Positions 42,920-54,091 of a stretch of DNA of 64,000 bases are shown here, piece by piece (position 1 is the first letter of the stretch; every line of letters starts with the position of its first letter). The notes under the pieces are model-generated. The model did not search any database. It was not told the DNA's origin and worked only from the letters and a program-made list of their open reading frames with translations. The position numbers and the translations under genes were made by a program. Source of the stretch: Blastocatellales bacterium (GTDB lineage Bacteria > Acidobacteriota > Blastocatellia > RBC074); contig JBFWXQ010000009.1 of assembly GCA_050187295.1 (NCBI GenBank), positions 152,627 to 216,626 of the forward strand, read 5' to 3'.

Positions 42920-45370
42920 TTACGCAGGAAAAATCAGAGGCGCGGCTTTTTCGCCTTGCGCTTCCTGCGGCAATTCAGGTGTCAGCATTTGTGAACGGCG
43001 CGTGATCTGCACATAACGCTGGTGCAGCCGCGATCCGGCCTTCGCGGTCAATTCGGATTTATCAACCGCAACCGAGCGATTGACACCTGCGACCTGCCGG
43101 GCCAAACGATCCATCAAATCCGCACGATTGATTTTACTTGTGTCCGGCAGCGGCAACCTGACCTGAGTCGCACCTTCATTAGCCAACTGGTTGTGAGACA
43201 GCCCGGCCAAACCCGGAATGTTTTCGGCCATATCCTTGAAAACATTTTTGAGCTGTCCCTGATAACCGAAATCAACGCCCATCAATTTGGCCAATTGATT
43301 GATGACCATCCAATCCGGTCGAGCCTGGCCGACGGGCGGAATTGTGCGGCGGACAAACTGGATTTGCATGCCGTTATTAACCTGCGTCCCTTGAGCTTCG
43401 GCAAAGCTGGTGACCGGGAAAACCACATCGGCAAGCTCTGCGGTTTCGGTCATAAACATTTCCTGCACGACCAGAAAATCCAGCTTGCTCAATTGCGCTT
43501 TGACTGTGCTGGCGTGACCGTTGGCCTTGAAAACAACATCTTCGCCCGCGATCAACAACGCCTTGATGCTTCCGCCCGCGGCGTTGACCATCGCCTGAGC
43601 GCTCATCCCGCCCTTGTAACCGCTGTCCATTCCCATCAGCCCCGAACCCAGAGTGTTTGAGTATCGAACCAGCGGCACGAACGAGAACTTGGTTTCAGTG
43701 CGAACCGGAGTCGCGCCGACTTCCAGCGTGGGATGTTCGACAATGTAAGTGAACGGATTTTCGTTGATCGAAGGCTTCTGCGTCGAGTTCGACGATTTGA
43801 CTTCGCGTTGCAGCGAATCAATGTAAGACTTCTTAGCGTTCTCGGCGACCTCTGCGCTAGGCGTGGCCAGAACTTCTTCCAGCAGTGGCAATGCTTCGAC
43901 TGCCGCTCCGCGCAATTCATCGCCGAAAACAACCACGACGCGTCCGCTTTCATGCACGGCTTTGCGAATGGCTCGCAATTCTTCCGCGCTTGCGCCCATC
44001 GCGTCTGCGGCATCGCCGATTTTCGCTTCATCCAGCAGAGCTTGAATAACCGCCCCTTCGCTGCCTTCGCGCACCCGCAGGGCGATGTTGGCCTGACGCT
44101 CCAATCGCGAAGGCATTGAATTGACGACAATCAGCCGAGCGGCTTTCTGGCGAACAGCCCAGCGAATCGAAAACGCCGTCAGCGGATTCTCTTCGTTCGG
44201 GTCCGAGCCGATCAGCAAAACGACGTCGGCGTTTTGGATATGCTCCTGAGTGGCGATGGTCGGCGAGCCGTAACGGAAAAACGAAGAGAGATCAATTTCG
44301 TCGTCATCGTGATAATGCTCTGCGTGTTTGGTTTCCAGAACCTGGTCGGCAAACTTGCGCAGCGTGAATTGATCTTCGTTCAACAATCGCGCGGCGCTGA
44401 TGACGCCGATGCTGTCCCCGCCGTTTTGCGATTTGATTTCGCCCAGCTTCTGGGCGGCAAAGCTCAGAGCTTCGTCCCAGGTTGTCGGAACCAAATGTTC
44501 GCCGCGGCGAATCATCGGACGATCAATGCGCTCGCGGCTGTGGACGAAATCAACCGTGTATCGCCCAAGCGCGCAAAGGAAATCGTGATTGATGCCGCCA
44601 GCCGTTCGCCCGCGCCCGTCGCGAGCGACAGCGCGAATCAGTTTTTCGCTCCGCGTACCGGCCAGAATCGAACAGCCGTCCGAACAGAAGTTGCAAACCG
44701 TCGGCGTCTGTTTCAAATCCCAGGGACGCGCGACGTATTTGTAAGGCACGTGCAGCAAAGTTCCGGTCGGGCAGACATCAACGCAATTGCCGCAATCGGA
44801 ACATTCCACCCATCCGCCGAATGAACTGATCAAAGTCGCCGAACCACGATTGACCGTGGTGATGGCATTTTCGTCCATCCACTCTTCGCAAACTCGCGTG
44901 CAGCGTTTGCAGGTCACGCAGCGTTGCGGATCGTTGTAAATGAACGGCGAAATCTGGCGTTCAAGGTAATTTTCCTTGTCGTCGAACTGCGAACGAATGC
45001 GGTCTTCGCCAAAACCGTATGTCTGATCCTGCAATTCGCATTCGCCAGCGCGGTCGCAAACCGGGCAATCAACCGGATGGTTCGAGAGCAGAAATTCGAT
45101 CATCGCCGCACGAACTTCTTCGACTTCTGTCGAATCGGTAGTGACGACCATTCCGTCTGAAACCGGCATGGTGCAGGCGGTTTGCAGCTTGGGAATTTTC
45201 GGATTGTCCACGCGCACTACGCACATGCGGCACGAAGCCTGAGGCGTCAGTCCGCGATGATGGCAGAAACGCGGCAGATAAACGCCATTCATCTCACACG
45301 CTTCGATCAGCAACTCGCCTTTCGGCGCGGTCATTTCCTGTCCGTTAATTGTTAGCTTGACTGTTTCCAT
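42920..45370 (-). CDS. nuoG: NADH-quinone oxidoreductase subunit G
   Basis: 816 aa with an N-terminal 2Fe-2S ferredoxin-like Cys pattern and 4Fe-4S Cys patterns (CHHRGL..C..C; C..C..C...CP), followed by a molybdopterin-oxidoreductase-like domain. Confidence 0.85.
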   Translation of the reverse strand: METVKLTINGQEMTAPKGELLIEACEMNGVYLPRFCHHRGLTPQASCRMCVVRVDNPKIPKLQTACTMPVSDGMVVTTDSTEVEEVRAAMIEFLLSNHPVDCPVCDRAGECELQDQTYGFGEDRIRSQFDDKENYLERQISPFIYNDPQRCVTCKRCTRVCEEWMDENAITTVNRGSATLISSFGGWVECSDCGNCVDVCPTGTLLHVPYKYVARPWDLKQTPTVCNFCSDGCSILAGTRSEKLIRAVARDGRGRTAGGINHDFLCALGRYTVDFVHSRERIDRPMIRRGEHLVPTTWDEALSFAAQKLGEIKSQNGGDSIGVISAARLLNEDQFTLRKFADQVLETKHAEHYHDDDEIDLSSFFRYGSPTIATQEHIQNADVVLLIGSDPNEENPLTAFSIRWAVRQKAARLIVVNSMPSRLERQANIALRVREGSEGAVIQALLDEAKIGDAADAMGASAEELRAIRKAVHESGRVVVVFGDELRGAAVEALPLLEEVLATPSAEVAENAKKSYIDSLQREVKSSNSTQKPSINENPFTYIVEHPTLEVGATPVRTETKFSFVPLVRYSNTLGSGLMGMDSGYKGGMSAQAMVNAAGGSIKALLIAGEDVVFKANGHASTVKAQLSKLDFLVVQEMFMTETAELADVVFPVTSFAEAQGTQVNNGMQIQFVRRTIPPVGQARPDWMVINQLAKLMGVDFGYQGQLKNVFKDMAENIPGLAGLSHNQLANEGATQVRLPLPDTSKINRADLMDRLARQVAGVNRSVAVDKSELTAKAGSRLHQRYVQITRRSQMLTPELPQEAQGEKAAPLIFPA

Positions 45371-45422
45371 AAGAAGAATTGCTCTTGCCTGTCAGCAAAT
45401 GCTACTGGTAAATACCTGATAA

Positions 45423-45737
45423 CTACGCAGCCTTAGCCTTGTCTTTGGCCTTACTTCTGACGTTCTTCCGACGTTGAGGAAGCAGCGAGATCAAACCACG
45501 TAAAGCATTGTTGACCGATTCCGAATCGGGAAAGAATTCTTGAACATCACGATCCAACCTTACTGCTCCATCTTCCAGCTTGAAATTCTGCACAAGCGTT
45601 GTCCCATCTTTATTATGGACAATGACGCTATAGCCCTCGCGCATATTCCGATAGTACTTACCGCGAACTGCTCCGCTAAAATCGTATTCCTTTCGCATCT
45701 CATCGCTCGCCATTTTGGCTTCAGCTTTCTTCTTCAT
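45423..45737 (-). CDS. brnA: BrnA antitoxin (DUF4415/COG3514-like, RHH C-terminus)
   Basis: Motifs ..RKEYDFSGAVRGKYY.. and ..AVRLDRDVQEFF....NNALRGLI.. match BrnA-family antitoxins. GGAGAGGA SD lies upstream of the ATG at 45737 (alternative start 45713). Overlaps brnT by 17 nt. Confidence 0.7.
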   Translation of the reverse strand: MKKKAEAKMASDEMRKEYDFSGAVRGKYYRNMREGYSVIVHNKDGTTLVQNFKLEDGAVRLDRDVQEFFPDSESVNNALRGLISLLPQRRKNVRSKAKDKAKAA

Positions 45738-46002
45738 ACTTCTTCCTCTCCGAAGCTGTTGCCTTGCGGCAACTAATGATCCGAATCTTACCGAGTCTAG
45801 CGGTATGAGAAACCACAAGCAGCTTTCCATCAGCGGACTCTCCAAGAGTCACAAAGCGAGCTTCTTCTGTCGAATGATCAGGATCAGAAATAGTTATTTC
45901 CAAAGGATCGTTGAAGACCGTTATCGCTTCATCAAAACTTATTTTGTGCTTGCGGCGATTGGCGAGAGCTTTCTGCTTATCCCATTCAAACTCTTGCTCC
46001 AT
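45721..46002 (-). CDS. brnT: BrnT toxin (DUF497 ribonuclease toxin of type II TA system)
   Basis: 93 aa. MEQEFEWDKQKALANRRKHKISFDEAITVFNDP...DPDHSTEEARFVTLG..GKLLVVSHTARLGKIRIISCRKATASERKKYEE matches the BrnT consensus (FEWD..K...N..KH.(I/V)SF.EA..VF.DP....D..HS..E.R....G....LL.V..T.R....RIIS.R.A...E...YEE). Confidence 0.75.
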   Translation of the reverse strand: MEQEFEWDKQKALANRRKHKISFDEAITVFNDPLEITISDPDHSTEEARFVTLGESADGKLLVVSHTARLGKIRIISCRKATASERKKYEEES

Positions 46003-46019
46003 CGCCGTTCAACCTCATT

Positions 46020-47300
<1,281 letters not shown>

Positions 47301-47333
47301 AACAGTTCGCTGTCCGCTTTGTTATTTACTACC

Positions 47334-47840
47334 CTACTTCAAACCTTCGATCAGCCGGTCAACGCCTTCTGTCGTCACTTTCTCGTGATAATCGAAATTG
47401 ACTTGCAGGCAAGGGGCGAGATCGCAATAGCCCAGACATTCGACTTCCATCAGCGTGAACTTGCCGTCGGCAGTAGTGTCACCGATGCCAACGCCAAGCT
47501 TATGTTCGATGTGTTCAGTGATTTGCTCCGCTCCGAGCAGCGCGCAGGAAAGCGTGCGGCAAACCTGCAATTTGTATTTGCCAACCGGTTTGCGCGAATA
47601 CATGGTGTAGAAAGTCACCACTTCTTCGACTTCGTTGATGCGCATATCCAGACGCTGAGCGATGTATCTGACATCGTCGTCAGTGACGTAACCATGCTCT
47701 TCCTGCGCGATGTACAAAGCTGGCAGCACGGCTGAGCGTTTGACCGGATAATGAGTTATTAGTTCGTCTAGTTTCTTTTCGTTTGCTTCGCTGAACATAG
47801 CTTGGTGATTGTTGGCCTGAAAGCCGGACACAATCGACAT
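47334..47840 (-). CDS. nuoE: NADH-quinone oxidoreductase subunit E
   Basis: Thioredoxin-like 2Fe-2S Cys pattern (CRTLSC....C..C). Start set at the internal ATG at 47840 (alternative 47798); the ORF-track start is at 47924. Confidence 0.8.
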   Translation of the reverse strand: MSIVSGFQANNHQAMFSEANEKKLDELITHYPVKRSAVLPALYIAQEEHGYVTDDDVRYIAQRLDMRINEVEEVVTFYTMYSRKPVGKYKLQVCRTLSCALLGAEQITEHIEHKLGVGIGDTTADGKFTLMEVECLGYCDLAPCLQVNFDYHEKVTTEGVDRLIEGLK

Positions 47841-47862
47841 TGCATCCGGCCATCTTAACCGG

Positions 47863-49098
47863 TTAACGATCAACGTCTCCCAAAACAATATCAATGCTGC
47901 CGATGACGGCGACGACATCGGCAATCAATGAACCTTCGACCATCGCTGGCAACGCCGATAGATTGACGTAAGATGGAGCGCGGACGCGAACGCGCCACGG
48001 ACGCTCCCCGCCATTGCTGACGACGAAATAACCAATCTCGCCACGAGCCGATTCAATGGATTGATAAACTTCGCCGACAGGGACCGAAAATCCCTCTGAT
48101 GCAATCAGGAAGTGATGAATCATCACGTCAATGTGCTTCTTCATTAAGTCGCGAGCCGGCAATTTCAGTTTCGGGTGATCAGCCATAAATTCGCCTGGCT
48201 CTTTCAAACGTTCCAGCGCCTGACAGCATATTTTCCAGCTTTCGTGGAATTCATCCATTCGCACCAGGTAACGCGACCAGACATCACATTCGTCGTAAAC
48301 CGGCACGTCGAAATCGTAAGTCTCATAACCGGAATATGGTTCGGACTTGCGAATGTCCCAATTGACTCCGCTGCCGCGGATCGTCGGGCCGGACAGCGCC
48401 CAGTTAATGGCATCGTCTTTTTTGATGACGCCCACGCCCTGAGTGCGGCGCTGGAAAATCCTGTTGCCGGTGACTAATTTCTTGCATTCGGCCAGAAAAG
48501 AGGGGAAACCGTCCAGGAATTCTTTGACCAGCGGGATGAAATTATCCGGCACGTCCCAACGCGTTCCGCCGATAATGAAATAGCTTTGATGGAAACGCGC
48601 GCCAGTCGCACATTCAAAGATGTCCAGAATCTTTTCGCGATGGGTGAAGGCGTAAAAGAAAGCCGTCATCGCGCCGATGTCCATCGCGTGAGTTCCAAAC
48701 CAGACCAGATGCGATGCGATGCGATTAAGCTCCGTCAGCAGGACGCGGATGACCTTGGCGCGTTCAGGAACTTCAACCCCCATCAATTTCTCAACCGCCA
48801 GGCAATAGCCCAGGTCATTGCCCATCGAATTGAGATAATCCATGCGGCAGGTGATGGTCACCACCTGCTGCCATTTTTCTTTTTCCATCGTCTTCTCCAT
48901 GCCTGTGTGGAGATAGCCGATGTCGGGAATGGCTTTGACCACGGTTTCGCCATCAAGCACCAGTTCCAGGCGCAGCACTCCGTGCGTCGAAGGATGCTGC
49001 GGCCCCATCGAAACCGTCATGCGGGTATCGGACAACGGATCCGGCTTGCGCAGCATGGAGATGGATGAAGTTGGAACGACAATTTCTTTGGCTTGCAT
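47863..49098 (-). CDS. nuoD: NADH-quinone oxidoreductase subunit D
   Basis: 411 aa. GPQHPSTHGVLRL near the N-terminus and a NiFe-hydrogenase-large-subunit-like fold. Confidence 0.9.
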   Translation of the reverse strand: MQAKEIVVPTSSISMLRKPDPLSDTRMTVSMGPQHPSTHGVLRLELVLDGETVVKAIPDIGYLHTGMEKTMEKEKWQQVVTITCRMDYLNSMGNDLGYCLAVEKLMGVEVPERAKVIRVLLTELNRIASHLVWFGTHAMDIGAMTAFFYAFTHREKILDIFECATGARFHQSYFIIGGTRWDVPDNFIPLVKEFLDGFPSFLAECKKLVTGNRIFQRRTQGVGVIKKDDAINWALSGPTIRGSGVNWDIRKSEPYSGYETYDFDVPVYDECDVWSRYLVRMDEFHESWKICCQALERLKEPGEFMADHPKLKLPARDLMKKHIDVMIHHFLIASEGFSVPVGEVYQSIESARGEIGYFVVSNGGERPWRVRVRAPSYVNLSALPAMVEGSLIADVVAVIGSIDIVLGDVDR

Positions 49099-49104
49099 AA
49101 TTCT

Positions 49105-49599
49105 TCAAAATCCCTTGATCGGGAAGTCTTTTCTCAGCGGGTAGCCTTCGTAATCAGCAGGCATCAAAATTCGGCGCAGATCGGGATGTCCCTCGAAGTT
49201 GACTCCGAACATATCGAATATCTCACGCTCCAGCCAATTCGAAGCTTTCCAGAGATTCCACATCGTCGGTAATGCCGCGTCGTCTTCTTCCAAAAAGACC
49301 TTCACGCGCAGGCGATGATTGTGCTCCAGCGAATAAAGCTGATAAGCCACAGCGAATCTGGGACTGGCAAATTCGCCCAGATCAACTCCACCAATGTCGC
49401 TCAGGTAGTTGAATTTCAGGCTCGGCTCGTCGCGCAGGTATGACATCAACTCAACCAGGCCCTCTCGCCTGGCGACGATTGTGACTTCGCCAATGGCTTC
49501 AATGATTTCTTCAATTGTGTCTGCGAATTTGTTGCGGATCAAAGAAGCATCCGCATATCGCTGGGAATGCGTTTGTGATTGCTCTATGGATTCGGCCAT
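49105..49599 (-). CDS. nuoC: NADH-quinone oxidoreductase subunit C
   Basis: NuoC/30-kDa subunit motifs (..LSDIGGVDL.., ..EREIFDMFGVNFEGHPDLRRIL). Start ambiguous: ATG at 49599, or GTG at 49650 which lies 5 nt after the nuoB stop. Confidence 0.75.
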   Translation of the reverse strand: MAESIEQSQTHSQRYADASLIRNKFADTIEEIIEAIGEVTIVARREGLVELMSYLRDEPSLKFNYLSDIGGVDLGEFASPRFAVAYQLYSLEHNHRLRVKVFLEEDDAALPTMWNLWKASNWLEREIFDMFGVNFEGHPDLRRILMPADYEGYPLRKDFPIKGF

Positions 49600-49655
49600 T
49601 TGGTTTGTTTTCCGGTGGTCGGCAGCAATAGGCCCGCCATCAAATCCCACCTCTA

Positions 49656-50153
49656 CTAGGCGACCTTCTCTTCCTTGAAGACCTTGTCGCGTTCAATCTT
49701 TTCCTGCAGCTTCATAATCGCCCAGATCAATCCTTCAGGACGAGGCGGGCATCCGGGGACGAAAACGTCAACCGGCACGACCTTGTCAACGCCCTGCACG
49801 ATGGCATAGTTGTTGAAAACGCCGCCAGCCGAAGCGCAAACACCCATTGATATAACCCATTTCGGTTCAGGCATTTGGTCGTAAATCCGGCGCAGAACCG
49901 GCGCCATTTTGATCGATACACGGCCTGCAACAATCATCACGTCCGCCTGACGCGGAGTGGCGCGAAAGACTTCGGCTCCGAATCTTGCCACGTCGTTACG
50001 CGGATCGGTCATCGCCATCATCTCTATTGCGCAACAGGCCAACCCGAAGGTCGCAGGCCAAAGAGCGGATTTGCGCGCCCAATTGACCAGTGAATCCAGT
50101 TTGGTTGTGATTACTTCCGGCAGAATTTCGCCAACTTTTGTTTCTAAGCCCAT
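49656..50153 (-). CDS. nuoB: NADH-quinone oxidoreductase subunit B
   Basis: Start at the internal ATG at 50153 ([11 protein letters not shown]..). This gives the typical ~27 aa before [18 protein letters not shown]. CxxC...C...C N2-cluster ligands are present. Confidence 0.85.
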   Translation of the reverse strand: MGLETKVGEILPEVITTKLDSLVNWARKSALWPATFGLACCAIEMMAMTDPRNDVARFGAEVFRATPRQADVMIVAGRVSIKMAPVLRRIYDQMPEPKWVISMGVCASAGGVFNNYAIVQGVDKVVPVDVFVPGCPPRPEGLIWAIMKLQEKIERDKVFKEEKVA

Positions 50154-50190
50154 ATCTTTAAATCTCGATCTAGTGAATTGAGGTGAATAA

Positions 50191-50565
50191 TTAGTTGCGA
50201 TTCCACTCAAAAAGCCCCTTCTTCCACACGTAGACATAACCTACAAGTAGAACCGCAAAGAAAATCATCATCTCGAAGAAAACAAACGGGCGGGATAAGG
50301 TTTTGATCAGGTCTTTGAAAACGACAGCCCAAGGAACCAGAAATATCGCTTCAATATCGAAAAGAATGAAGAGCATCGCAACCAGATAGAACTTTACCGA
50401 AAACCTCTGGTGCGCCGATCCAACTGGATCCATTCCGCATTCATATGGCATCAACTTCGCACGGGTATCTTTGCGCTTGCCAACCAAATGCGTGAGGATG
50501 ATGTTTGTCACGGCAAAACCGGAAACAAAGATGAAGACTATCAAAATGGGTATATAAGCTTTCAT
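50191..50565 (-). CDS. nuoA: NADH-quinone oxidoreductase subunit A
   Basis: 124 aa with 3 TM helices (..PYECGMDP..). First gene of the operon. Confidence 0.85.
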   Translation of the reverse strand: MKAYIPILIVFIFVSGFAVTNIILTHLVGKRKDTRAKLMPYECGMDPVGSAHQRFSVKFYLVAMLFILFDIEAIFLVPWAVVFKDLIKTLSRPFVFFEMMIFFAVLLVGYVYVWKKGLFEWNRN

Positions 50566-50704
50566 CTACACCTTTCTATTTGCCAACGTTTGACGCTCTA
50601 ACCCTGTCACGCATTCCGCCTGATCAGGAAAACGACGAATGCGACAGCGATTTGCAAACGATTGTTGGGATACCAATTTAGGAAGCTTGTTACTAGGTTG
50701 GGAA

Positions 50705-50732
50705 TCTTAGTACAATCTCCCATCGCTTGCAA
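50705..50732 (-). promoter_or_regulatory. Candidate sigma70-like promoter of the nuo operon
   Basis: On the minus strand: TTGCAA (plus 50727-50732), a 16-nt spacer, then TAAGAT (plus 50705-50710), about 140 nt upstream of the nuoA ATG. By inspection only. Confidence 0.25.
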
Positions 50733-50876
50733 GAAAGCATAAAAAAAAGATGGATTGGCCAGAACCTAAACCCACTATTGCTGGGTTTTCCGCAGGCCTT
50801 GCCCTATTCAAACAGATGCAGCTTTGCCCCTTTACCCGCCGGACATTGCCGGCCTTTTTGTGCTAATTTACAAATT

Positions 50877-51695
50877 ATGAAGTTTCAATGGCAATTGCTC
50901 ACAGATAGACTCACTTTTCCAAAATTCATTGTCGGCTCGCTCCTGTTGGCAACGATTATCACTTCTTTATCGTTCGCGGCACAGAGCGCTCAAAATCAAA
51001 CTGAAAAGAAAAATTCTGTAAAATCTCCACCCCAGAAGGCTTCCCGCAAACGTGTGGATAAGCCCAAACCATTAACCAGGAAAGATCATCGCGACGCGGA
51101 ACAAAGATTGTCAGAGATGGGTTATTGGACTGGACGGGTTGATGGAAGTTGGGACACGGCTTCGCGTCATGCGTTGATTGCCTTTCAAAAAGTCGAGGGG
51201 TTGAAACGTAATGGTCAACTTACGCGAGAAACCTTCGACAGAATAATGACGGTTGAAAGACCTTTGCCGCGCAAACCCGGTCCGGCTCACATTGAAGTTG
51301 ATCTGACCCGACAGGTTCTGTTTATCGTTGATGATGAAGGAATCGTCACAAAGATTCTGCCCGTTTCAACAGGCAGCGGCAAAGTTTTCGTCTCGCAGGG
51401 TTGGGCGCGCGACGCCATCACGCCTCCCGGTGAATACTGGGTCAAACAGAAAATACCCGGATGGAAGAAAAGCCCGCTGGGGCTGCTCTATTATCCGGTT
51501 TATTTTATGTACGGAACGGCGATTCACGGATATTCATCCGTTCCCACCAAACCGGCCAGTCATGGATGCGTTCGCATTCCAATGTTCGCGGCAAAGGCTT
51601 TTTATAAGATGACTCCGATGGGAATGCCTGTGATCGTTTACAGAGAAACGAGTCCGAACACGGCAATTCCTGCCGACTCTGACAAACAGTTCTGA
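50877..51695 (+). CDS. L,D-transpeptidase (YkuD fold) with peptidoglycan-binding domain
   Basis: Start at the internal ATG at 50877 (MKFQWQLL..). PG_binding_1-like segment (..LSEMGYWTGRVDGSWDTASRHALIAFQKVEGLKRNGQLT..). Catalytic His/Cys motif (..HGYSSVPTKPASHGCVRIP..). Confidence 0.75.
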   Translation: MKFQWQLLTDRLTFPKFIVGSLLLATIITSLSFAAQSAQNQTEKKNSVKSPPQKASRKRVDKPKPLTRKDHRDAEQRLSEMGYWTGRVDGSWDTASRHALIAFQKVEGLKRNGQLTRETFDRIMTVERPLPRKPGPAHIEVDLTRQVLFIVDDEGIVTKILPVSTGSGKVFVSQGWARDAITPPGEYWVKQKIPGWKKSPLGLLYYPVYFMYGTAIHGYSSVPTKPASHGCVRIPMFAAKAFYKMTPMGMPVIVYRETSPNTAIPADSDKQF

Positions 51696-51752
51696 TTTAA
51701 TTGGGAGCGGGAGGATTTGGCTTCAGGCGACAGCGTAGAAGCTGGAGTTGCC

Positions 51753-52193
51753 TCACTTCACATTCAGATACTTTTCAATTTGGGCGAACGTGTCACGCCA
51801 GCCTTTTTCGCAAGCGGCGTAAAAATCATCGGCGACCGGATCGTCAGGGAATCCGTCCTGAGCGACTCGCAGAATCGAACCATCGCCCGCTGGTTCAACT
51901 GTGAATTCTGCGGTCATTTCGGCTTTGAACGGTGGCGGGCCGGATTTGGCAAAGTATTTCGTGTCGGTCAAAAACAATCGGCGAGGCGGTTCGATGGCGG
52001 CGATTTTGAAAACCGTGACGTAATCAGGAATGTCTTCGTCTCCCCAGGCCGCCGCCCAAACGCCACCTGTTTTTGGCAGAACAATCGCTCGCGAAGCTCC
52101 CCACCAACTGCGTATCGCGCTTGGCGTGATCAACACCTTGAAGACTTCATCGGGCGAAGCTGCAAGCTCGATTTGATGTGTATGCATTCGCAT
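51753..52193 (-). CDS. SRPBCC superfamily protein (Aha1/activator-of-Hsp90-ATPase-like domain)
   Basis: 146 aa. ..IELAASPDEVFKVLITPSAIRSWWG.. is typical of AHSA1/SRPBCC bacterial proteins. Confidence 0.6.
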   Translation of the reverse strand: MRMHTHQIELAASPDEVFKVLITPSAIRSWWGASRAIVLPKTGGVWAAAWGDEDIPDYVTVFKIAAIEPPRRLFLTDTKYFAKSGPPPFKAEMTAEFTVEPAGDGSILRVAQDGFPDDPVADDFYAACEKGWRDTFAQIEKYLNVK

Positions 52194-52208
52194 TTGAACA
52201 GATTCCTT

Positions 52209-52610
52209 TCAGGACAAGGCTCTGCGCAATTCATCCGGAATCGAAACCGGTTTGTCATTTAATACAACAACCACCGTCATCGAACCTTCCAGAGCCAGTT
52301 GCGTGCATTGATCATCGGCGAAAATCTGATAATCATAACGAATGGAGGTGTTACCGAGTTTCCCCACACTAACACGCATCACAAACGGCGCATCCAGCGG
52401 CAAGACGGTGTGAAAAACCGCATCGACGTGTTTGCGCGGAAAATCATACTTTTTCAGATCACTCGAATTCCTGAGAAATTCTATGCCGACCGAGCGCAAC
52501 AGTTCGGTTTCGCCCTCCTCGAAATATTCAAAGATGCGCGGGTAATGAAGCCGTCCGGCGGCATCTGCGTCAGCCCAGCGAATTCTTCGTGTCAATTCAA
52601 TCGAAGCCAT
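52209..52610 (-). CDS. Acyl-CoA thioesterase, hotdog fold (YbgC/4HBT-like)
   Basis: 133 aa. ..IRWADADAAGRLHYPRIFEYFEEGETELLRSVG.. matches the 4HBT-family N-terminal helix and catalytic Asp context. Confidence 0.65.
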   Translation of the reverse strand: MASIELTRRIRWADADAAGRLHYPRIFEYFEEGETELLRSVGIEFLRNSSDLKKYDFPRKHVDAVFHTVLPLDAPFVMRVSVGKLGNTSIRYDYQIFADDQCTQLALEGSMTVVVVLNDKPVSIPDELRRALS

Positions 52611-52625
52611 ACTTCACCTCACATT

Positions 52626-54044
52626 TCATTTCGCCAGTTTTTCAATCACTTCGTAAAAGAATTTCACACCGTCAAGGAAGGCCTGCTGACCGATACGTTC
52701 GTCATTGCCATGAAAACCTGTGCCGAGCGAACGCGCCGGGGCGACGAAGGGAGAAAATCCATAGCTATGAACTCCCAAATCGCGAAAGAAATGGCTGTCC
52801 GTAAAACCAGCCAGCACAGGATATGAAATCAGCGCACCGGGATAGCGGCGATTGACAACTTCCCTGACAGCCGCAACCAGATCGGTGTCAATAGGTGAAG
52901 CGTTGGCCTCGAAAGCCAGAATGGGTTCGATCTTGATCGAATCGTCCTTGACCACCCCGCGCAATTCGGCAATCCAGCGGTCCAGCTTTTCGCCCGGAAC
53001 CAAACGCGTATCCACTTCGGCCGAGGCCTGCGGCGGAATCACATTGACCTTGTTGCTGCCGTTGAGAACCGTTACGGTAATTGTGTTTCTGATCAAAGCC
53101 CTCGCGCCCGGCTCACTCTCAAGCTGGCGCAGGAAAGCCGGGTCTTTGATCGCCTCACTCAGGTTCGAGTACTTGTCTGCCAGTCCTGCTGGCGCAAGCG
53201 GCGCAAGCGCCTTGAAGGACTGTTCAACGGCCGGAGTCAGTTGAATCTCCGGCGAATAATCAATCAGCTTATTCAACGCCCGCAGTAATCGGTTGACGGA
53301 AGAATTCGGACGAGGAATCGAAGCGTGTCCGGGCTCTCCGGTCGCAGTCAGCTTCAACCACGCCGGAGTTTTTTCCGACGGGCCGACACCAATCGCCAAT
53401 ACTTTTCCATTGGGTTCAACGAAATTGCTGCCGCCTTCGTTGAACAGAAACTCGGATTGGCCAATCAACTCCGGATGATTTTTGGCGAACCAGCCTGCTC
53501 CCTGCTGCCCCCCAGCTTCTTCGTCGGCAGTCGCCAGAAAGATGATGTCGCGTTTGAGCGGAATCTTCGCGCGCTTCAATGCCAGCATCGTCACGAACTG
53601 CGCCATCCCAACCGATTTCATATCCAATGCGCCACGGCCAAAAATGAAACCGTCCCTGATCTGTCCGCTGAAGGCCGGAACAGTCCAAAACTCCGGGCTG
53701 TGCGGAACCACGTCCGTGTGATTGAGCAAGATGATCGGGCGTTTGCCGCCATCGCCCGGCAATCGCGCCCACAACGTTCCCCGCCCCGGAAACGGTTCGA
53801 AGACTTTATGCTCTATGCCTTCGCGTTTGCAGATGTCTGCGAAAAACCTGGCCGCGCGAATCTCATTTCCCGGCGGATTGGTCGTGTCAATCTTCAGATA
53901 CTGAACGAAAAGCTCCAGCGCCTCCTTTTGAACTTCATCCCAGTTGATTGGCGATTGAGCGTTGGCGATTTCAGTTCTAGCCGTGACGCAAAACATTACG
54001 ACAAACAAAAGGCTGCAACGCGCAGCCTTGCGGACAAATGGCAT
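52626..54044 (-). CDS. M20 family metallopeptidase (ArgE/DapE/carboxypeptidase G2-like), secreted
   Basis: Motifs HTDVV, GALDMKS and ATADEEAGG. Start at the ATG at 54044 with a CAGGAGAG SD; the ORF-track start at 54089 is TTG. Signal peptide. Confidence 0.75.
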   Translation of the reverse strand: MPFVRKAARCSLLFVVMFCVTARTEIANAQSPINWDEVQKEALELFVQYLKIDTTNPPGNEIRAARFFADICKREGIEHKVFEPFPGRGTLWARLPGDGGKRPIILLNHTDVVPHSPEFWTVPAFSGQIRDGFIFGRGALDMKSVGMAQFVTMLALKRAKIPLKRDIIFLATADEEAGGQQGAGWFAKNHPELIGQSEFLFNEGGSNFVEPNGKVLAIGVGPSEKTPAWLKLTATGEPGHASIPRPNSSVNRLLRALNKLIDYSPEIQLTPAVEQSFKALAPLAPAGLADKYSNLSEAIKDPAFLRQLESEPGARALIRNTITVTVLNGSNKVNVIPPQASAEVDTRLVPGEKLDRWIAELRGVVKDDSIKIEPILAFEANASPIDTDLVAAVREVVNRRYPGALISYPVLAGFTDSHFFRDLGVHSYGFSPFVAPARSLGTGFHGNDERIGQQAFLDGVKFFYEVIEKLAK

Positions 54045-54091
54045 AAACTCTCCTGATCTTTTGTTTGAGGTTATCGAAGAAAGGCACAAAG

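Noticed and set aside
43022-43660. 212-aa plus-strand ORF inside nuoG; similar antisense ORFs inside nuoF (46563..47288) and nuoD (48586..49068)
   Set aside because: These are antisense to highly conserved complex I subunits and show no motifs.
47855-47866. 12-bp perfect palindrome TTAACCGGTTAA straddling the nuoD stop / nuoE start
   Set aside because: A loop-less palindrome of this size is probably a chance HpaI/AgeI-like palindrome. It cannot form a stable hairpin and has no obvious function.
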